A stretch of DNA of 64,000 bases from a virus (lineage: Duplodnaviria > Heunggongvirae > Uroviricota > Caudoviricetes), in IMG/VR virus record IMGVR_UViG_3300029922_000006; one strand, given 5' to 3'. Below are positions 53,796-63,128 of the stretch, one piece after another; position 1 is the stretch's first letter; every line of letters begins with the position of its first letter. Under the pieces are notes generated by a model, which was given only the letters and a program-made list of their open reading frames with translations, had not been told where the DNA came from and did no database searches. The translations under genes were made by a program, and so were the position numbers.

Positions 53796-55817
53796 ATGGC
53801 TAATGAGTTAAAGTTTGGTAATAAGGTTATATTTCTTAACGGAAATCCTATTACATTGCCTACTGGGACAGCTGATCCGGGTACTGGAGCTGCTGGTGAT
53901 TTTTTCTACCGCAGTGACCTCGGTTTGGTACGTTATTACAACGGAACGATCTGGCAGAACCTTGCTGCTGGTATGGTTATTACCGCCCACAGCGGACTGA
54001 CTGGTTTAACGGCCCCTGCCGATGACCATACTCAGTATGCTCTATTGGCTGGTCGTGCTGGCGGTCAGATTCAAGTCGGCGGTACTGCTGCCGGAAACAA
54101 CCTCACCCTCCGTTCGACAACGAACGCTTCTAAGGGTTCGGTTATCTTAGATGAAACGACTGCCTCAAGTTCTACTGTCACGGGTGCTTTGGTACTCAGT
54201 GGTGGTATGGGCGTTGCTGGAAGTATCTTCTCTGGTGGCATCGTATCTGCTGCTACGCAGGTTCAGACCCCAATCATCGACGCTATCTCTTCTGGAACAT
54301 TACTGATCGGTAGTTCAAATACTACTCAGATTAACGTAGGTAACGATCCTAACACTGCGACTGGTAACATCCTCGCTGGTTCAGGAAACAAGACTTTAAA
54401 TATCGCAACTGGCTCTGGTACAAACGTTGTTAATATCGGTGGTACTAACTCTACAGTTAATATCAACGGTACCCTTAACTACATCCACAGCACGCAGTTA
54501 CAAGTATCTGATCCTGTTATCACTGTAAACGCTGGTGGAGCTGCTGGTTCTGCTACTGCTGCTGGCTTCAACATTCAAGAAAACAATGTTATCACTGGTT
54601 ATATAACCACTGCTAACTCGCGTCAATCGTATGACCACCTTGCTCCGGCAGGTCCTGGTATCTTCCGTTTGACTCCTACTACAGCTTCCTTCATCGGTGA
54701 GCTCGGTCAGGCTGTTCTTACTGCTAACCGTACTTGGACTCTTCCAGATGCAAGCGGCACTATTGCTTTAACTTCTGCTTTCGCTTCATATCTCCCACTT
54801 GCTGGTGGCACTTTGACTGGTAACCTTACCATGTCGAATCAGTCACAAGTTCGTTACGGCGACACAGGAAGCAATTACGTTGCTCTCCGTGGACCGACAA
54901 CTGTAACTACTGATTACACCCTTACTCTTCCAGCTGCAGCCCCTGCACTCAATCAGATCCTTGTATCTGATGCTTCTGGTAACTTGTCTTGGGGAGTAAA
55001 CGGTTCTGGATCAGTTAACTCTGGTACTGCTGGTCGCTTGAGCCTGTATGCTGCTTCTGGAAACGCTATCTCTGATACGTATGTCCAAAACAGCCAAAAC
55101 ATCAACATCGCAGTTGCTGCACAAGCAGCCCGTACTGCAGGTCTGGTTTACACTCTTCCTAACCCAGGAAATGCTGTAACAGCGACCAACATCTTGTTAG
55201 ATCAAGGTGCTCAGACTGTTAACGGTCAGTTCACACTGGCTCAGAGCTTATTGTTCTCTGCTAACGGAACACAAGCGATTGCTTCAGACGCTGCTGAATT
55301 GGCTACTGTTTGGGCCTTCGCGATCAACCACAATGATGTTACTACACCTAACTTGAACATCGCAACTACTGGAAATAACGGATCAATTATCCTTACCACT
55401 AACGGTACAGGCACGATCGATAACGTTACAACCATGATGCGTCGTTCTACTGACGGCGTAAACTACTTCCAGGATCAGTATATCGATGCTATGACCCTGG
55501 CTGCTAACACTTCGTCAGCTGCTGAGATCAACTCTTCATTGAGCTTTAATCTCACTAACTTTGACGGTGCTGTTATCAACTACCGCATCAAAGAAGCAAC
55601 TACAAATAACATCCGTATCGGACAGTTCTATGTAAGTGCTCAAGGTACAACTGTAAGCAGCTCTGATCAGTTCACTGAGACTGCGGCCCTTGGCTCAACT
55701 CTTGGTTTACAGCTCACTGCTGATATTAACTCTGGCAACGTAAGAATTTTATATAATAACACTAATGCCACTAACGCTAGCACGATGAGAGCGCAAATCC
55801 GGAGATTCCACGCATAA
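53796..55817 (+). CDS. tail fibre protein
   Basis: DP...GDFFY...YNG..W, DDHTQY, YLPLAGGTLTG.L motifs typical of fibre shafts. Confidence 0.75.
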   Translation: MANELKFGNKVIFLNGNPITLPTGTADPGTGAAGDFFYRSDLGLVRYYNGTIWQNLAAGMVITAHSGLTGLTAPADDHTQYALLAGRAGGQIQVGGTAAGNNLTLRSTTNASKGSVILDETTASSSTVTGALVLSGGMGVAGSIFSGGIVSAATQVQTPIIDAISSGTLLIGSSNTTQINVGNDPNTATGNILAGSGNKTLNIATGSGTNVVNIGGTNSTVNINGTLNYIHSTQLQVSDPVITVNAGGAAGSATAAGFNIQENNVITGYITTANSRQSYDHLAPAGPGIFRLTPTTASFIGELGQAVLTANRTWTLPDASGTIALTSAFASYLPLAGGTLTGNLTMSNQSQVRYGDTGSNYVALRGPTTVTTDYTLTLPAAAPALNQILVSDASGNLSWGVNGSGSVNSGTAGRLSLYAASGNAISDTYVQNSQNINIAVAAQAARTAGLVYTLPNPGNAVTATNILLDQGAQTVNGQFTLAQSLLFSANGTQAIASDAAELATVWAFAINHNDVTTPNLNIATTGNNGSIILTTNGTGTIDNVTTMMRRSTDGVNYFQDQYIDAMTLAANTSSAAEINSSLSFNLTNFDGAVINYRIKEATTNNIRIGQFYVSAQGTTVSSSDQFTETAALGSTLGLQLTADINSGNVRILYNNTNATNASTMRAQIRRFHA

Positions 55818-55880
55818 TTAAGCTACTGACTTAAATCATAGTATAATTAGTTTGTAATCAAGCAAGGATAGGGAATTGCT

Positions 55881-57248
55881 ATGTCAAGAGTTTTTTTAAA
55901 AGTTAGATCTGGTCTGAATCTAGGTAGTTTAACTGCTGACCCCAGTGACCCAAATGAGGGTGATTTTTACTATAACACTACTACTACTACTTTTCGTCAA
56001 TATATTAGTGGGGCATGGCACAATACGGTTGGAGATGATTTAACTCAAACTTTAACCAATAAATCCTTAGTTGACAACACAACTTCAATAGTTGGCAATG
56101 CCGATGCAACTAAAAAAATTAATTTTACTGCTGCTGGCACTACTGCTACCACTACTACAGTACAGTCTTCACAAACTATTAATAGAACGTTAACTCTTCC
56201 CGATGTAACTGACACATTAGTTGCATTAGCTGCAACACAATCTCTATCTAATAAACAAATTGCTTATAGTGTGGCAACAGACTCTACTACAACTGGTGCT
56301 AACACAACAATTGGCGCTTTTACTACTGGATTAGTGCGATTAACAAACACCTCACTTACAAGTATAAGTGGCGTACCAGCAGGTACATCTGGTCAAATTT
56401 TGATTGTTGAGAATAAAACTGGCAATCAGATTTCTATCAATAACGAAGAAGCGACCGCGACTGCAGCAAATAGAATTCAAACTGGTGCAGGCGGAAACGT
56501 CTCAATGGCAAACAATGCGACATTCGCATTTACCTATGACACGACGTCTAGTCGTTGGCAATTAACTGGTGGTTCAGGTTCAGGTTCAGGTTCGGGCGGA
56601 TACATTGCTCCCACGGTTCAAAAATTTACATCAAGCTCAGGTACTTATACGCTCCCAACGAGTCCCCGTACTCCGCTCTATATTCGTGTTCGCGCAGTTG
56701 GTGCAGGTGGAGGCGGTGGCGGTGGTGGCACTACCGCGGTTAACGGAACTGGCGGTAACTCTACTACTTTCGGCACTAGTCTACTGGTGGCAGGTGGAGG
56801 CGGTGGCGGATCAGGCGGTTCAATACCTACAGGTGGCATAGGTGGCAGTAGTTCATTAGGCTCAGGCCCTGTAGGCTTGGCAGCAACAGGTAACAGCGGT
56901 GGAACGGGCAGCAACTCAGGCGGGTCAACTGTCAGTTATCAGACGGGTGGCGTAGGTGGCGGTGGAGCTTTCGGCGGTGCTGGCTATAGCGGCGGTCCAA
57001 CAGAATCGGGTGGCAACGCGGCGGCAAACTCTGGTGGCGGTGGTGGTGGCGGTGGAACGGGCACAGGTGTAGCGAATGAATGGGCTGGCGGCGGTGGCGG
57101 CGCAGGCGGTTTTGTTGACGCAATCATCACAAGCCCTTTATCTACCTACGCATGGGTAGTTGGTGGCGGCGGTGCTGGAGCTTCGAATACCTATAACGGC
57201 GGTAACGGCGGAAGTGGCTTGATTATAGTCGAGGAGCACTACCAATGA
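55881..57248 (+). CDS. tail fibre protein with Gly-rich C-terminal domain
   Basis: FTSSSGTYT.P...VGAGGGGG...GGNGGSGLIIVEE; AT-rich 5' half. Confidence 0.75.
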   Translation: MSRVFLKVRSGLNLGSLTADPSDPNEGDFYYNTTTTTFRQYISGAWHNTVGDDLTQTLTNKSLVDNTTSIVGNADATKKINFTAAGTTATTTTVQSSQTINRTLTLPDVTDTLVALAATQSLSNKQIAYSVATDSTTTGANTTIGAFTTGLVRLTNTSLTSISGVPAGTSGQILIVENKTGNQISINNEEATATAANRIQTGAGGNVSMANNATFAFTYDTTSSRWQLTGGSGSGSGSGGYIAPTVQKFTSSSGTYTLPTSPRTPLYIRVRAVGAGGGGGGGGTTAVNGTGGNSTTFGTSLLVAGGGGGGSGGSIPTGGIGGSSSLGSGPVGLAATGNSGGTGSNSGGSTVSYQTGGVGGGGAFGGAGYSGGPTESGGNAAANSGGGGGGGGTGTGVANEWAGGGGGAGGFVDAIITSPLSTYAWVVGGGGAGASNTYNGGNGGSGLIIVEEHYQ

Positions 57249-57430
57249 CAATACCATGTTTTGAAGTTACGTTAGTTTATGCGGATGGTTCTACCTGGCT
57301 TGCAGGAAGCTTCCAATCTTTGGACGATGCCAATGCTTGGGTTACGAATGAAAAAGCACAACCCTACTGGGTAGCTACAACGCAAGCCAACGTCGTCGAC
57401 AAGTCCTATACAATTACGCCTATTACTTGA
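57245..57430 (+). CDS. small fibre-associated protein
   Basis: ATGA-coupled to fibre gene. Confidence 0.6.
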   Translation: MTIPCFEVTLVYADGSTWLAGSFQSLDDANAWVTNEKAQPYWVATTQANVVDKSYTITPIT

Positions 57431-57436
57431 GGAAAT

Positions 57437-57640
57437 ATGAGATTCTATAATGTCCCAAACATCATCCCGACTAGCACAGTTCTGAATACTACTGTCAATA
57501 GCCTGCCTATGCAGTTGATGGACGCAATCAGTTTTAGCATACAAATATTCTTTACAGGCACGTCAGGATATAACGGCGGACAGGGCGGTAGCGGCGGTGG
57601 TGCAGGTGGAGCCATCTTCGTTGAAGAGTACTATCAGTAA
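57437..57640 (+). pseudogene. chimeric remnant (unrelated N-terminus fused to Gly-rich fibre C-terminus)
   Basis: ends YNGGQGGSG...IFVEEYYQ, matching YNGGNGGSGLIIVEEHYQ of 55881. Confidence 0.5.
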
Positions 57641-58419
57641 TGGCCAATAAGTATCTAGACATCTTATCTCCATGCATCGACCAGTACGGCTTCATAACAC
57701 AAGCCGGTCCTCAATTTGATGGTGGAGATTCTTCTCAAAGAGAAGGTACGTTGATGCTTTGGTCTTGGTGTGCTCTTCAAGAGGGCAAGCTATCACAGGC
57801 TGACTACGACGTTATTCAAGCTAGATACATCGCAAATTATGCAAAACTTCGTGAGGGTTGCATGCCAGGCGAGATTACACGTCATCGTGGATCTGCACAA
57901 TGGTATGACCTCCCGTGGCGCATGTCCCGTGATCAGTGGACTCCAAACGCTATTTCTGCAGGCCTTGTGAAGCAGAACCGTGCAGATCTTCTATGGGGTG
58001 CATCACTTCGTGGGTTCCTGTTTACCACTAATCTCATTCCAAACTGGGTTGTTAAAGGCCAGACAGGATATGAGATTAAGTGTCCAGATCTGACAGTACT
58101 GTCATCTTGGGGATACATGGCTCGCTGGGCAGGATGGCTAGCATTGCCATTGGTATTGATCACAGACTTAGATCTTCTTGTAAACTCTATCATCTGGCAT
58201 TACAACATCAAGAATCCAGCCAACACGAACACAGATATCTCTAACCACGTTAACTCATTGCTTCAAGCTAAATACAAATGTCCAACTCCATTCTCATGGT
58301 TGGCTCGTAGAATCTTGAATGTTAACGATGTGCAGAATCTGCTGAACAGCTACTTCGGTCCTGGATCTTGCCCACTCGGACAAGTATCACAAGACTTCCT
58401 AGCTGACTCCTGGAAATAA
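57640..58419 (+). CDS. hypothetical protein (DGGD...RH...SRDQ motifs)
   Basis: 259 aa, Trp-rich helical; last gene of rightward structural block. Confidence 0.7.
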   Translation: MANKYLDILSPCIDQYGFITQAGPQFDGGDSSQREGTLMLWSWCALQEGKLSQADYDVIQARYIANYAKLREGCMPGEITRHRGSAQWYDLPWRMSRDQWTPNAISAGLVKQNRADLLWGASLRGFLFTTNLIPNWVVKGQTGYEIKCPDLTVLSSWGYMARWAGWLALPLVLITDLDLLVNSIIWHYNIKNPANTNTDISNHVNSLLQAKYKCPTPFSWLARRILNVNDVQNLLNSYFGPGSCPLGQVSQDFLADSWK

Positions 58420-58815
58420 TTAAAAGAAGAGCATAGACGAGATGTCTATGTATAGCGAAGGATCAACGTTGTTCTTCATGATGTAGGCTTGTGACCACCA
58501 AATGGTTACGCCTCTTACTGTCTGCGATTCCCATGGGACATGCTGATCTTCAGGACCAGCATTAAACTCAACTGATACTTTAGTACCCTGGTCGAAACCC
58601 TTGACGCGCTCTTTCAATGATCGCAATGCATCTCTAAATAACTGATTGTCATATTTCATCCCGCCGTGAAGAACGCGTGATTCCTCAATATTCTTGAAGA
58701 AATCAAATGCTGCGTCTTCTAGGGATTTGTTATTGGCAGCAGAGACCCGTTTATCACGGATCTTCTGTGCTTTCTTGTTGATTTCTTTGATAAGGTCTTT
58801 TTTAACTTTACTCAT
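58420..58815 (-). CDS. hypothetical protein
   Basis: 131 aa, end of replication operon. Confidence 0.65.
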   Translation of the reverse strand: MSKVKKDLIKEINKKAQKIRDKRVSAANNKSLEDAAFDFFKNIEESRVLHGGMKYDNQLFRDALRSLKERVKGFDQGTKVSVEFNAGPEDQHVPWESQTVRGVTIWWSQAYIMKNNVDPSLYIDISSMLFF

Positions 58816-59368
58816 TATGAGTCTTTAAATAGTTAAAAGCTTTATAAAGAACATCTGTACTGTCTTGTAATAAACCTATACCTTTATTACAAGGATCACA
58901 TAGTAGTCCACGAACTTTGCCAGTTTTATGATTATGATCAACGGCGAAAAGTTTTACAAAACTTGATTGATGTCTAGTGCAACAAGCACAAAGGCCATTT
59001 TGATCATTAAAAAGTTTATTGTAATTTAATAGTGCTTCTTCCCACGAAGAAGAAGGCCAATATTTATATCTTAATTGCATCCCTCTGTGTTGATCGGAAT
59101 TTTCTGCTCTCCACTTCTTAGAGTATTCTTTAACTCTTGTGGGATCTTTTAAATATCTTTGTTTGTTTGATAATTTAGTTTTTTCTTTATTGTGCTGGTA
59201 CCAATTTTCTTGGTAAGATTTTATTTTCTCTAAATTTTCTTCTTTATATTTTTTATTATTAATAGAACAACATGATCGACATCTACTCTGATAGTTATCA
59301 GATCTTCTCTTATCCTTACTGAAAAAAGTAAAATCTTTTAATAATTTACATTGACTACATTGTTTCAT
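58808..59368 (-). CDS. endonuclease VII-like HNH homing endonuclease
   Basis: QNGLCACC...AVDHNHKTGKVRGLLCDPCNKGIG; AT-rich. Confidence 0.85.
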   Translation of the reverse strand: MKQCSQCKLLKDFTFFSKDKRRSDNYQSRCRSCCSINNKKYKEENLEKIKSYQENWYQHNKEKTKLSNKQRYLKDPTRVKEYSKKWRAENSDQHRGMQLRYKYWPSSSWEEALLNYNKLFNDQNGLCACCTRHQSSFVKLFAVDHNHKTGKVRGLLCDPCNKGIGLLQDSTDVLYKAFNYLKTHNE

Positions 59369-60231
59369 ACTGACTGAACATTCCTTAAAAATAGTTGTGC
59401 AAGTTCTTCATGACCATCTCTCTTTAAGATATCGTTCCAATCAACATTGATTTCTGCAGTACTAGAAAAATGAGTAACTGCACCGGCATCTACTAATTTT
59501 CTGAGTCCTTTAAATCCGGCTTCGTCTGTGTCAAATCCTCCGAAAACTCTGTATCCTTGTTCTTTAAGATCTCTGAGAGTTTGCGCCTGATGGTCGGAGA
59601 CGCCAGAGCCAGAAGAGCAAATGAACTTCCAGGGATTATGAGAAATACCGCCATACTTAAGATTAAACGCTTGTTGTAATGAAAACGCATTCAAATATCC
59701 TTCACAAACCACTACGGCCTTTATATTGGGGCGCAATTTAGCTTGATTCCAAAGTCCAAACAACAACCCCAGACGTGTGCCAGGAAGTGTAGTAATCTTC
59801 CACGTTTCTCCGTCTTCATTTATTCTAGCATCAATGAACCTTATTTGAGCACCACAGAAATGATTTTCAACGTAGTACGGGAAGACAATACCATCTTCTT
59901 TCATGTCGTAATACATATCGCCGTCAGGATTTAGTCCGCGCGATTTAATGTATTCAACACCCTTTTCTGCCCGAGGGTCCGAGAGAGGAATAAATGAAGA
60001 TGGCCACGCCATCGCTTGTACTTCGTCAGGCTTAGCTTCTTGCATGTGGAAATCACCGGTAAGGAAGTCAGTCATGTCGATGTCTGCTATCTCGCAGTAC
60101 TGTTCTAAAGAGTATCCACGATCGCATTTGTTGCAGTAGCACCAGATCTTGCCATTTTCATTTTGGTGCCAATAGACCGTCCTATTTCTAGGTTGACAGA
60201 TAAGACACCAACGGTTATCACGTTTTGACAT
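59365..60231 (-). CDS. DNA primase
   Basis: Zn finger CLIC...CYCNKC; TOPRIM VVCEGYLNA and GFDTDEAG; start MSKRDN at 60231. Confidence 0.85.
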   Translation of the reverse strand: MSKRDNRWCLICQPRNRTVYWHQNENGKIWCYCNKCDRGYSLEQYCEIADIDMTDFLTGDFHMQEAKPDEVQAMAWPSSFIPLSDPRAEKGVEYIKSRGLNPDGDMYYDMKEDGIVFPYYVENHFCGAQIRFIDARINEDGETWKITTLPGTRLGLLFGLWNQAKLRPNIKAVVVCEGYLNAFSLQQAFNLKYGGISHNPWKFICSSGSGVSDHQAQTLRDLKEQGYRVFGGFDTDEAGFKGLRKLVDAGAVTHFSSTAEINVDWNDILKRDGHEELAQLFLRNVQSV

Positions 60232-60853
60232 AGTTAAGCCTCCAACCTTTAACTTTGTAACCAAGACGAACAGAAGCAGAGATGCTTTGCTGCGATGCGT
60301 TAAGATCTATTGCGGCTTCTTTTAAAGAAGAATAAACTTTACCATCATTTCTAATGACTTGTTTTCTATTATTTTTAACTCTTTTTTCTATATATTCTTG
60401 AGAATGTTTCTTTCCATACATTGGATTATTTTCTCCAATTTTACAATTAGACATTCTTTTAATTGTTTTATCAGATCTCTTAATCCCTTTTAATTTTTTA
60501 GATATTGCTTTTTTCGTCTTTTTAGATTGCTGATGACCAAGTCTTGCATTATTAGTTTCTTTTGAAATGTTATATCCATGCTTAGGAATAGAGGAGTTAT
60601 AGAGGTTTATAAAGTAAAGTTCACGCTTATCTAAATCAACAGATCCTATTTCTATAACTTCAAATTCAAATGCCTCTTCTCCATATTTATTCCAAGCTCT
60701 TTGCATAAGAATAGAACTATGACATTTACGATTTAAAGTCGATCTATGGGCACAAAATCTATCATAGAAGTTACAGTAAGTTGAACCGATGTAACGCTTA
60801 CCACTTTCTTTATGAGTGATACTATAAATGCCGGTCTCAATCTTGAGATTCAT
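60218..60853 (-). CDS. GIY-YIG homing endonuclease
   Basis: GIYSITHKESGKRYIGST; NUMOD3-like H...K..IS repeats, NPMYGK; AT-rich. Confidence 0.9.
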   Translation of the reverse strand: MNLKIETGIYSITHKESGKRYIGSTYCNFYDRFCAHRSTLNRKCHSSILMQRAWNKYGEEAFEFEVIEIGSVDLDKRELYFINLYNSSIPKHGYNISKETNNARLGHQQSKKTKKAISKKLKGIKRSDKTIKRMSNCKIGENNPMYGKKHSQEYIEKRVKNNRKQVIRNDGKVYSSLKEAAIDLNASQQSISASVRLGYKVKGWRLNYVKT

Positions 60854-61859
60854 GCTTCACCATTAATTCTAATTTATCAAGTTTTTGAGAAGAAACTCTT
60901 AACTTTCCTTCTAAAGTTCTTCGTTGAACCTCATCCTCATCGATGACTGTATATCGACCTTTTTCAAACCCACATGTTATCTTAGATCCAGCTCGCCCGA
61001 ACCTATCTTTCATAACTATGAAATCCGTAGTCTGATTATCGTAGTTCGGAACGATCTCAATGATGACTGTCGCAGGTTCTACGATCGCAGAACAATCCTT
61101 GATGCGTGTATCGATGTCTTTAGCACCACCCTTTTTTGATACAGAGTAGAGCTGTGCAAACAGAACGACTGGCATAGAAGAACCTTTGATGTACTGACCC
61201 AACCAGACGCGAAGGTCGTTGAGGTTCTCGTACGCGGTCTTCTTAGAATCCTTAATAGAATACTTAATCAACTGGAAGTAATCGATAAGGACGCAAGAGT
61301 AACTATCTTCTTTCTTAACAGCTTCAAGGGCTTTCTTGATGCCCTCAACTTTAGTCGTAATGCCATCTTGATATGTGACATCAAGGACCTTGACATATTC
61401 AGAGATCAGAGGGAATAGCGATACAACTTTCATCATATCGTAATTGGGCATCAGACCCTTTTTGTAGTCATTGAAGTTAAGACCTAAATGAAGACAAGCA
61501 ACACGAAACAAGATGTCCTGCTTCGATTCCTCGTTTGAGATAACCAGTGTCTTCTTGCCCTGTTGCCACAAAGGATAGGTAATGTTGGCTGCAACAGTAG
61601 ATTTACCAGAACCGGTGTAAGCACAGAAGAGGTAAAGGTTTTCACGGGTGAAAGGAATAGTGGCAGATAGGGCATCATTAATAAGCGTGATGCGCTGAGA
61701 GAGCATCTTCTTGTATTTACCGATGTCTGTGAGCATCTCGCGGATGGAGTCTTTATCACCGAAAGACTCAATGTCTCCCAGAGATATATTCACTTCCGCT
61801 GCTGACCCTTTGCCAGCGAGTTTTAGTTGCTGTGCAATTTGCTCATTAGTTAGTTTCAT
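60837..61859 (-). CDS. replicative helicase (DnaB/SF4-like)
   Basis: Walker A AYTGSGKST, Walker B LIDYFQ, FAQL, KDRFG. Confidence 0.85.
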   Translation of the reverse strand: MKLTNEQIAQQLKLAGKGSAAEVNISLGDIESFGDKDSIREMLTDIGKYKKMLSQRITLINDALSATIPFTRENLYLFCAYTGSGKSTVAANITYPLWQQGKKTLVISNEESKQDILFRVACLHLGLNFNDYKKGLMPNYDMMKVVSLFPLISEYVKVLDVTYQDGITTKVEGIKKALEAVKKEDSYSCVLIDYFQLIKYSIKDSKKTAYENLNDLRVWLGQYIKGSSMPVVLFAQLYSVSKKGGAKDIDTRIKDCSAIVEPATVIIEIVPNYDNQTTDFIVMKDRFGRAGSKITCGFEKGRYTVIDEDEVQRRTLEGKLRVSSQKLDKLELMVKHESQD

Positions 61860-62316
61860 TTTGATACTCTTTCAAATAAGAGATTGCATTAGCAAGAATA
61901 TTAACATTATCCCTTGCTTGGCCTAAAAGAATGTTGCACTTGTAACAGAGAAGTTTTCTAACTTTTCCAGTTTCATGACAATGATCTACAACTGGCTTAA
62001 TTAATTCGTCCCTACAAATCCCACACTTGTTATGCTGCTTAATAAGCATGTCTTTAAATTCATCTAGTGAAATTCCATAAGATCTAAGAAGATGTAAATT
62101 CTTATAATGATTTGGATTTTTCTTATGAATTGATGCTGTCTTTTTTGATTGCTTTTTTCTAAATTCGGGGTCTTTATTTCGTTCAATATAGTGAGCACCC
62201 GAACTAAGCGAAAAACAAGATTTACATCGATATTGTAAGCCATCTGGTGATGATGTTTTTTTAGTAAAATTATCTAAAGTTTTAACTATTTTACAAGTAG
62301 AGCATTTTTTATTCAT
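61846..62316 (-). CDS. endonuclease VII-like HNH homing endonuclease
   Basis: QHNKCGIC...VVDHCHETGKVRKLLCYKCN; AT-rich. Confidence 0.85.
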   Translation of the reverse strand: MNKKCSTCKIVKTLDNFTKKTSSPDGLQYRCKSCFSLSSGAHYIERNKDPEFRKKQSKKTASIHKKNPNHYKNLHLLRSYGISLDEFKDMLIKQHNKCGICRDELIKPVVDHCHETGKVRKLLCYKCNILLGQARDNVNILANAISYLKEYQNETN

Positions 62317-62860
62317 CTTCTTTACCCAAAACGTTTTCTAAAGTACCTTCGACGTCCAGATTGTACTCTGATTGTGATTTCCATTGTTTGACAAGCTCAC
62401 GCGTATCAAGCGTAGGAAATTGGTCGGCGTAACGGCGTTGCGCTCGGTATTCAGTAGCGGACATGCCACCATATACCTTTGGTTCTGGATCGTGATCTAC
62501 AGTCGTAGCAGGGAAGAATTCGAAAAATACTTCAGTGCCAGTACCTTCAATGCTGGACATCCACTCATCAGTGAATTCCTTCTCAGTCTTCTCAAACCCT
62601 GGAACCTTCATCTTAAGATTCTTATAGGTCGACCGTGCAACCGATGCAAGAGGTTGGTGAGCCTTAATAGCTTTGGGAAGATAGGTCTCATAGAGATCAT
62701 CAAACGAAGCATTAGCCTGTTTCCACTTGTCGAAGAGTTCTTCGAAGTTTGGACGAACAGCCTTGCGGGATCTGTCTTTATTCTTTAAGAGAGCGATCCA
62801 TTCAACGAGGATAAGCTCTAATTGCTTATTCGTTTCCATCGGATACCTCAGACTGGACAC
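62309..62860 (-). CDS. hypothetical protein in replication operon
   Basis: 183 aa, helical. Confidence 0.65.
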   Translation of the reverse strand: MSSLRYPMETNKQLELILVEWIALLKNKDRSRKAVRPNFEELFDKWKQANASFDDLYETYLPKAIKAHQPLASVARSTYKNLKMKVPGFEKTEKEFTDEWMSSIEGTGTEVFFEFFPATTVDHDPEPKVYGGMSATEYRAQRRYADQFPTLDTRELVKQWKSQSEYNLDVEGTLENVLGKEDE

Positions 62861-63047
62861 CAGTCGAAGATTCCATAGCCAAACCTGTCTTAAGGTTAGT
62901 CACACGAATCTTCGCTGAGTTGTTGATCTTGTCAACAAACAAAAGCTCTAACTTATATTCGTCATTGATAATGAAAGGGCGCTTTGTACCAAGCCACCAG
63001 TAGAGTGAATCCTTGAGCTTATTCGCATAGTCCATAAAGACCTCCAA
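62826..63047 (-). CDS. hypothetical protein
   Basis: first gene of leftward replication operon; start may be the second Met after GGAGG. Confidence 0.6.
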   Translation of the reverse strand: MEVFMDYANKLKDSLYWWLGTKRPFIINDEYKLELLFVDKINNSAKIRVTNLKTGLAMESSTGVQSEVSDGNE

Positions 63048-63128
63048 AAACGTTTATTCGATTCGTAATCATTCTACGGATCAGATAATCAAAAGTAAGA
63101 TCGTTATACCAAGGGGTACAATAGCCGA

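Noticed and set aside
25962-57123. Many antisense or alternate-frame track ORFs within structural genes
   Set aside because: Shadows of long, codon-biased genes; no SD, promoter or motif support.
56690-57200. GGCGGT-rich repeats
   Set aside because: Explained by the poly-Gly coding of the fibre tip domain.
25872-57248. Tail module as a bacterial eCIS/T6SS/tailocin
   Set aside because: It is embedded among neck genes, homing endonucleases, primase/helicase and phage-style accessory genes, with no host housekeeping genes.
59365-61859. Primase and helicase as halves of a T7-type fused gene split by the GIY-YIG gene
   Set aside because: Order on the coding strand is helicase then primase, opposite to the T7 gp4 fusion; each has its own start and stop.
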